From contig OZ025790.1 in the NCBI GenBank assembly GCA_964019425.1, positions 434,001 through 498,000 on the forward strand: a stretch of 64,000 nucleotides of DNA, written 5' to 3'. A program made the translations under genes and the position numbers. This DNA comes from Flectonema sp. DT1601 (Eukaryota). Shown here in pieces: positions 56,101 to 64,000 of this stretch. The notes under the pieces were generated by a model. It saw only the letters and a list, made by a program, of their open reading frames with translations. It was not told the origin of the DNA and made no database searches. Position 1 is the first letter of the stretch, and the number at the start of each line of letters is the position of its first letter.

Positions 56101-58894
56101 GTGCGTAAGGTCCTCTTCACGGGATAGCCTCATGACGCACTCACGGTTCCATTAGGACCTCTGATTTCTGTTAGCACTCTTTCTGTCGAGTTCTTTGTTA
56201 TCCTCTTGTTGATGTTGTGGATGTTCCACACGCTGTTCTTCAATACTCGTAAACATGATGATCAATCACCAATAAGAGTAGTGGTGCGTAAGGTCCTCTT
56301 CATGGGATAGCCTCATGACGCACTCACGGTTCCATTAGGACCTCTGATTTCTGTTAGCACACTTCCTTGTTATCCTTCGGATGTTTTCTTGTTGATGTTG
56401 CGGATGTTCCCCACGCTGTTCTTCAATACTCGTAAACATGATGATCAATCACCAATAAGAGTAGTGGTGCGTAAGGTCCTCTTCATGGGATAGCCTCATG
56501 ACGCACTCACGGTTCCATTAGGACCTCTGATTTCTGTTAGCACTCTTCCTTGTTATCCTTCGGATGTTTTCTTGTTGATGTTGCGGATGTTCCCCACGCT
56601 GTTCTTCAATACTCGTAAACATGATGATCAATCACCAATAAGAGTAGTGGTGCGTAAGGTCCTCTTCATGGGATAGCCTCATGACGCACTCACGGTTCCA
56701 TTAGGACCTCTGATTTCTGTTAGCACACTTCCTTGTTATCCTTCGGATGTTTTCTTGTTGATGTTGCGGATGTTCCCCACGCTGTTCTTCAATACTCGTA
56801 AACATGATGATCAATCACCAATAAGAGTAGTGGTGCGTAAGGTCCTCTTCACGGGATAGCCTCATGACGCACTCACGGTTCCATTAGGACCTCTGATTTC
56901 TGTTAGCACTCTTCCTGTCGAGTTCTTTGTTATCCTTCGGTTGTCCTTTTGTTGGTATCGTCGATCGTATTTTATTTATTCTATGTTTTTGATGGAAGTA
57001 TTATTTATGAGTCTATTTGCACAACGGTGAGCAATTAAACTAAAATAAAAATAGGTAACCCAAGTTGTTGTTGACCGCAAGTCAATTACTACCCTGTCAA
57101 ACAGACAATACTGCATTGTATTGGATCCTCTTGTTGATGGTGTTCAGATCTTTGGACACAGAGAGATCAGAAAGGGTGAAGGTGAAGGTACCTCGTTCTT
57201 CCTTCTTCCAGGAGAGAGACTTGAGAACAACCGTGTCATGGATATTACTATTCTAGGTTCTGATGAAGCTCTCCTAGTTAAGGCTGTTGAGCAATTTCAG
57301 GATGGTGACAACGTTCGTCAACCAGGTGAGAAGTGGATGTTGACTGGTCCACTTGAATACATCCCACCTGTTGAGGTTGAGATTCTTGACACTAGAAAGG
57401 CGATGCCTCTCGACAAGAACGAAGGAATCTACATCAGAAATGAAACCACTGGTAAGGTTTCTATGATCACAGGAACTACTCACATGAGACAGAATGATGA
57501 AATCTTGTGGGAGAAGGTTCTTCCAGATGTTGTCGAAGAGCTTCTTCAGTGCCCTCGTGGAACAAAGCATCTTGTAAAGGACCCTGCTAGAGGACTTTCT
57601 GTCAGAGACAAGACAAAGGCGGTTCGTTTTAACATCCCTCACAACTCTGCCGTACAAATTTACGACTACGCCGGAAAGGAACCACGTATTGTATTCGGAC
57701 CTGATCTCGTTATGTTAGCTCCTGATGAGTCATTCACCGTATTGAGTCTTTCTGGAGACAAGCCAAAGGTTCCAAATGTAATTAAGTCTCTTCAGCTTCG
57801 TCTTGGGCCTGAGTTTATGACTGATGTAATCACCGTTGAGACATCTGATCACGCTCGTTTAGAACTCCGTCTATCATACAACTGGCAGTTTAAGTTTGAC
57901 AGAGAAGACAGAGATGAGTGTAAGAAACTGTTTTCAGTTCCTGACTTTGTTGGAGATGCTTGCAAGGCCATTGCTGGACGAGTTAGAGGACAGGTTGCAA
58001 TGGAATCGTTTGACTCCTTTCATAGAAACTCCGCTCGTATTATTAGAGGAGCGGTATTCGGATTTGATGAAAACAAGAAGATTAAAGAATCATTCAAATT
58101 CACAGCAAACAACCTCGTCATCACTAACGTTGATATCCAGTCAGTAGAACCTGTTGATCAAAAGACTCGTGATTCCCTTCAAAAGTCCGTCCAACTGGCA
58201 ATTGAAATTACCACCAAATCGCAAGAAGCTACTGCCAGACACAAAGCTGAACGTGAAGCGCAGACCGCGAACAGTGAATTGGAAAGACGTAAGTTGAAGG
58301 TATGCTACGTTACTCATATTTACTATTCATGTGACGACTAAACTAGTAATCCTTTTCATGTATAAATATACTTCCCGTTGTAAACAAACAACTAAATTAT
58401 AACAATCACAGGATGCTGCCGTCTCTGAAAGACAAAAGAAGGATTACCTAAAGCTTCAAGCTGAGAACGAAGCGATTGAAGCAACTGGACAGGCAAAGGC
58501 TGAGGCTGAGGCTCGCGCTGAAGCGCTATTGATTGAGGCAAAGAGTGAACTTGAGCAGGCGCAGTTGAAGGCTAGCGCTCAGAAGATTAGTGCCGATGCT
58601 GACTTAGACATGATGAAGAGAAAGCATCAAACTACCTTGGATTACCAGCAAAAACTGAACGACTTAGAAGTTGAAAAGGTCGACAGACTCAGTAAGATTG
58701 AAGCTGAGAAGTTTGAGAGCACTATGGACGCTATAGGACCAGAAACAATCCTTGCCATGGCGAAGGCTGGACCAGAATTGCAGGCACAACTTCTGGAAGG
58801 ATTGGGTCTCAAGGGATATCTTATTACAGACGGAAACTCTCCAATCAATCTCTTCAACACTGCTGGTGGTATGATTGGAGCACCAACTCAATAA
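53106..58894 (+). CDS. MVP: Major vault protein (843 aa); exons 53106-53909, 57055-58299, 58412-58894
   Basis: YIHVLDNN vault repeats, [55 protein letters not shown]. Confidence 0.96.
53947..56930 (+). ncRNA. Intronic tandem array: 16 x 183-bp units, each with a 93-nt box C/D-like RNA candidate (first 54059-54151, last 56804-56896)
   Basis: ATGATGA (box C) to CTGA (box D); the core is nearly invariant while the spacer has two alternative versions. The repeat is certain; the snoRNA identity is inferred. Confidence 0.65.
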
Positions 58895-59474
58895 GTGAGT
58901 CTGTCGTAAGTTATTGCTCTTCTCGCCTCTCTGATTCCCTTTCATCTTTTGGGACTCTTTGCGAATTAGTGTTCTAGGGGTAACCAGTTGGTCACAAAGA
59001 GCGTCCCATCATCCATCTTATTATTTTGACACCGAACGCAGTGGGAAAACTAACACTTTTATTATTATTATTTTTCTTTTCCCGTTATATTCCCTTATTG
59101 GCTATTTCATTTTCTTTTCTCTTTTGTTGTTGAAGAAACATAATATTTTTTTTCAAGAGGGGTGGGGGACAATGAGAGTGAGGGGGTAAAGGAAAAAAAA
59201 AAAAAAAAAAGCCGAATAATTATCGACCGTTACTCGTTTTGCTCACAACTCTTTCAACTTGTCCTTTTCTGTATTTGTGATCCACATGCTGTGCACGAGA
59301 GTTTCTTAGGAATGAGCTGTTTTAGGTTAATTATTTACTCTGCCGTTGGGACCAGCATATGGGCAAAAAGTAATGTAAGTCCTGCCCTCTGCTTGTTTTT
59401 TTTCTTCCTTTTTTATTCCCCCGCCGCCTCCTCTTAGTGCTCTTAAAGAGAAATTACGCATAGTAAAGAGCAAG

Positions 59475-59508
<34 letters not shown>

Positions 59509-60332
59509 CATGCGGTGTGCACAAGCGCTTACTGCTACGACATTATACTAGCCTGTTGATAGGAAAAGGCCGCTTCTGGACCGTTATGTGCTTTTTTTTC
59601 ATTTTTCGCCTCACGTCCTCAATCCCCCAATAATTCTTGAGCTTCTTACCTTCCTCTCTGGTTTTATTTTGCTTTTCGATATCGCTTTTTTTTTTTTTTT
59701 TTTTTTTTTTTTTGATGTATTCTCTAGTGGGTTTTTCTTTTTTTTTTCGGTTACGTTTACCGAAGTTATCAGCTTTTTAACACCAAAAATGTTGTTCGTC
59801 CCTTTTTTTTTTTAAAAAAGATGAAAAGCTAACTGTGCACAGTAGTCCGGCAGTAGTACTCTAGTCAAAAAACGGACGTGGTTTTAAAAAAAAATAAAAA
59901 AAAAATAAAAGGAAAATTGATAATTTTTAAGAAAAAAAAAAAAAAGAAAAGGAGAAGAAGAAGATAAAAGAAAAATAAAATAAAAGAGCTTTAAAAAAAA
60001 AATAAAAAAAAAAAAGAATCTTAAAAAAATAAATAAAAAAAAAAGCGAAAGAATATTAAAACAGACAACTACAACTTACCATGTCGTCAACATATCCCAT
60101 TACTTTTCATGAGTTTAAGCTGAAGGCTAGTTGCAAAAAAAAAAAAAAAAAAAAAAACATAACTCCCCGACCGTTCTCACTGTGGCCAGTCCTGTCTGCA
60201 CTCGTTTCTGTTTTTCCAGCTCTTCTGCCAATCCATTTCCCCGATTGATTTTTACTTTTTCTTAATATGATTTTTTAATAATTTTTAAATTATTTTTAAT
60301 TAAATCCACTCTCCCCTCTTCACAGCCCAACC

Positions 60333-61365
60333 ATGTTGTCGGGTGAAGATGAAGAAGGTCCAACAACGAGATCTGGGATACTAACGTACCTGGTTGAAGT
60401 ACAGCAAGAGATCGACAATCCAACAGCAGTTGAAAAGAAAGTTTCTTTTGAATTGGGTCCTTCTGCTGACCTTCAAAAAAAACTTGCGAGTAAAGCGAGC
60501 GAAGTCACCGAACGTAATGAAAAAGAACAAGAATTGAATGACCAAAAAAGAAAGAGGGATCGACTTGCGAGGTTTGGAATTGTTCACGTTGACGGAGACG
60601 GAAAGCCTTCTGGAAACCTTGAGGCGGACCGACTGGCCTATAGATTAAAGAAATTTGGTATGTCTACCTGTCACTCTCCCTCTCTCTCTCTCTTGTTCAA
60701 ACTGATATCCCAACTCAATTCAATTGTAACAATCACAGGAAGCCTTCCTCAGGAAGCATCTGGAGCTGCTTTATTAATATCCGAGTTAGAAGAGAATAAA
60801 CTCGCTGAGAGAATGTCTCGTTGGGGTATGTTCTGGTGTTCAACAACAAAAAAGCCTTTTCCGAGATGTGTTGAAAGAAAAACAAATAAACAAAACAGGA
60901 GAAACTCCAGAAGCAAAAACAGCACTGGACGAGCTGCATAAACAAAACACTCAACAGAAGTCAAAGAGACAGCGGGAAGATGATTCAAAGCCCTCATTGA
61001 AAAGATTGAAGGATGGATGTCTTGCCACACCTACACAGCAGAACTTTGAAAAGCAAAAAAATAAACAGCCGACAGTAAGTGGATCAGGTAGGGGAGCAAA
61101 ACAAAAACTGGAAGAACTACAAAAGCAACTTAATGTACAGCACCAGAAACAGCAACAACTTCTACAACAGAAAAAACAACAGCAGCATCCAAAACAACAG
61201 CAGCACCCAAAACAACAGGTCCAAGGCGGTAAAAAGGCGAAAACAAAAGCTAAGCCACAACAACAGCAACAGAAACAGCAGCAACAGCAACAACAGCAGA
61301 AGAGGAAATTTAACTCGGTAATACAACGTGTAACAGCAGGTTCCAACTTATCTTCGATGTGGTAG
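60333..61365 (+). CDS. Protein with three R..RFG-like motifs (Tho1/SARNP C-terminal type) and a Gln-rich tail; exons 60333-60657, 60739-60825, 60899-61365
   Basis: RLARFG, RLKKFG, RMSRWG; GTATGT...CAG introns preserve frame. Confidence 0.6.
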
Positions 61366-61754
61366 TCTTCCTGACATCGTCTGGGAAACAATTTAAACAC
61401 GGCTACGGTTGATTGTCACATTCATGTGCAGCAACGCTGTTTTGGGACATCTAACTTGTCCTTCCGCAGGTGTTTCAGGGAGAAGAAGCACTGGGGGAAT
61501 TCTTTTTTTTTTTTTTAAAAATTGGGAAAACCGGATTTTTCATCCACATGTTTCCACCACTTGTAACTAACCGACAACTACTTTATATTTGTGATTTAAG
61601 TACTTAAGATTGATCGGATATGAAATATGAAAACTTTCCGTCTTTTGGCAGTCAGATTCTTCTACGAGCGTTATTTTCCATATTATGAATTGTTGTGTGT
61701 TAGCCGTCACTGTTTATCTCATTTCAGACAGCCATGTGAATAATATTATAAGGT

Positions 61755-63677
61755 ATGTCTCTGAGAAGAGTTGCAGGTACTTTCACTGGTGCTATTACTA
61801 AGAAAGTTGAAGCAGAACTGGGGACAGCTCCTCCTTTCGAAGACTTTGGTCGCATTCGAAAAAAAAAAAACTTAGAACAAGAAGTTAGATATGTGAATCA
61901 GAAAACAGCAAAAAGTGAGCAAACCAAAGCACTTACGGAAGCTGCTATGCGGAGACAAGAAAGTGAAATGAGAACTAAATTGGTTAATCTTTTATTAAAA
62001 AATAAACCGAGCCAAGCTGGCGCGGGAAGCGACACAAACCGAAAACATGCTCAGCTATTCTTCAACTTAATCTCAAGCATGAGAAAGAACTCTCCACACA
62101 AACTTGGAACATCACTCTACGATGTTGCATCAAGTGCATTGGCTGACTACGGAAGAATTGAATTATTTGATGAGCTTCAAAAATGGATAGCATCTGATTC
62201 AATCAGAGTAACTCCAGCGATAGTAGCATCTAGACTACGGTGTTTATCGGGTAATAGGAAATATAAAGACGCAAGAGATGCATTCGCTGCTGTGAATGGA
62301 ACAAGAATGGCTTTATCACCGATCGTGTTAAGATCATATTTAAAGGCAATCATGAAAGATCCAAAACGAAGAGATGACGAGATTGTTGACATAGTTAAGA
62401 AGCTAGTATCCCAACCGGGGATTGCAAAATGTCAACAAATCTACTCAATAGCGATAACGAGTGTGTCGTCTTATGATGTCGCTGCTGCTATAATTGAAAT
62501 TATGAATTATGAGGGGGTGCGAGTATCTCCTCAAATCATGAATTCAATCATCAACTTGCTATCAAAATCTGGAGACACTCGCGCAGCTGAAACACTCATA
62601 ACGGCAATGCAATCTAAGGAATCTACGAAACCCACGACAGTTACTTATTGTTCGCTAATACAATGCTACAAAGTTTCGAGTCTTCCGTTGTCTGCTGGGC
62701 TTGACATTCGCAGGCGAGTTGAAAAACGAAAACTTCCAAGAACTTCACACTACTACTCAGCTCTGTTATCTCTTATTTATACACGTCTGGATGGTCTTCC
62801 GAAAGAGACTCAGTCTACAACGGATGGTGTGGTTGCTGATGAAAATTCTAAGCAAATAATAACAAAAACAACTGTAGTAGAACTTGTTGACGACATCCTT
62901 AATGAATATATCAGTCTCCATCCAAGAGTTTCTCAAACGAGCCATTGCTGGGGTAAAGTTGCTGAGATTTACGGATCGTTAAAAGAAGCAAAAAAACTTA
63001 ATTCTCACCTACGGAAATGGATGGACGACGGACCTCGACTGACAAAAGGATCGCAAGCAGTAATACTCAGCGCCTATCGACTTCTGGGAGATGAAGGAAA
63101 AATAAATCAAATGAAATTACTTATAAAAGAAAGAGATAATTTCTACACTAATCAAGTTAAGAGACCACTTTCTTGTAACACCTCATTAGAGGTTAAAGAA
63201 ACTGCCGATGGTGTTGATGAAATGTTTACCAAAGGAATAGTAGAAGAACCCTCAGAGTCTCCCACTAAGACAGCTGTTATTTTTGGTTTAAAATCGTTTA
63301 AGACAACTGAAGATGAATTACTCAGCCTGTTACATCGCGTGGGTACTCCAACAGCTTTAGTACTGCTGCACTCGAACAACGATACTTTCTGCCGAGCATA
63401 TGTCATGTATTCCACGTCTAAGGAAGCACAGTCTCTTGTCTTGTTGAATGGAACACCACTTCATGGATCAAATTTAACTATTATTCCATCACGTTCTGAT
63501 TCTTATTTCAAGTTCACACGACAGCTTACACAGAGACTTGCCATCCATCCGTCGACAAAGGCTGCAGTGCAAGCAAAATTAACAACTACACGGTTAAGTG
63601 AGTCTTTGTTTAAGTCACAAGAGCAGTTTAAAAAGATCGTCTCGACGAGTCGCATTAAGAGAAGTATTCGAAGATAG
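61755..63677 (+). CDS. Pentatricopeptide-repeat protein with a C-terminal RRM, likely mitochondrial
   Basis: MSLRRV N-terminus; IMNSIINLLSKSGD, VTYCSLIQCY, HYYSALL repeats; AVIFGL...AYVMY...LNGTPLHGSNL RRM. Confidence 0.8.
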   Translation: MSLRRVAGTFTGAITKKVEAELGTAPPFEDFGRIRKKKNLEQEVRYVNQKTAKSEQTKALTEAAMRRQESEMRTKLVNLLLKNKPSQAGAGSDTNRKHAQLFFNLISSMRKNSPHKLGTSLYDVASSALADYGRIELFDELQKWIASDSIRVTPAIVASRLRCLSGNRKYKDARDAFAAVNGTRMALSPIVLRSYLKAIMKDPKRRDDEIVDIVKKLVSQPGIAKCQQIYSIAITSVSSYDVAAAIIEIMNYEGVRVSPQIMNSIINLLSKSGDTRAAETLITAMQSKESTKPTTVTYCSLIQCYKVSSLPLSAGLDIRRRVEKRKLPRTSHYYSALLSLIYTRLDGLPKETQSTTDGVVADENSKQIITKTTVVELVDDILNEYISLHPRVSQTSHCWGKVAEIYGSLKEAKKLNSHLRKWMDDGPRLTKGSQAVILSAYRLLGDEGKINQMKLLIKERDNFYTNQVKRPLSCNTSLEVKETADGVDEMFTKGIVEEPSESPTKTAVIFGLKSFKTTEDELLSLLHRVGTPTALVLLHSNNDTFCRAYVMYSTSKEAQSLVLLNGTPLHGSNLTIIPSRSDSYFKFTRQLTQRLAIHPSTKAAVQAKLTTTRLSESLFKSQEQFKKIVSTSRIKRSIRR

Positions 63678-64000
63678 AACTTGTCGTTAATAAACATTTC
63701 CACGTGACGTGTTGCGTTAAACAATTATTTCTCTCAGCAGGTGTGTTCCAAAATGAATTTATTAGCAGTTTGATCCGTTGATTTTCTTTTAGTGATGTCT
63801 GTGAGGGCTGCTTTGGCTTTTGGATTCCTCATCTCTCAAGTAAGGAAGGCGTTTGAGTGGCTACCTGCTTATACCTGTGGTGGTAGTTGCATAGGTCCCT
63901 ATCCAAGATCATTGGTGGCATTCCTTATCCGTATTCTTGTTTTCTAAGGACCTTCAAATACCTCCGTTGACTTTCTCTTGTAGTCTCTGTGAGGGCCGCT

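Noticed and set aside
58959..60300. Short poly-F/poly-K ORFs here and in other intergenic regions
   Set aside because: Artefacts of poly-T and poly-A tracts

Overview
Eukaryotic DNA, very probably a euglenozoan of diplonemid type (nuclear-encoded euglenozoan-style ATP synthase alpha, GT-AG introns, every credible gene on the + strand). Host genes include a papain-family protease, two malate dehydrogenases, ATP synthase alpha, a sphingolipid synthase, a DnaJ membrane protein, major vault protein and a PPR-RRM protein. Highlights: (1) an intact 7,023-bp two-ORF non-LTR retrotransposon inserted in the protease, with a perfect 20-bp TSD and a well-formed HDV-like ribozyme starting at its first base. 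The TSD begins AG|GT, so a GT...AG intron (1043-8085) would remove the whole insertion exactly. (2) Three introns of two host genes hold tandem arrays of snoRNA-like units: two single-hairpin AGA-box (H/ACA-like) families, one with covariation and a predicted LSU pseudouridine target, and 16 box C/D-like units in the major vault protein gene. Also present are an 18S rRNA fragment, a decayed RT remnant and an MDH paralogue whose presequence ATG is ACG. All calls were made by eye; no searches were run.
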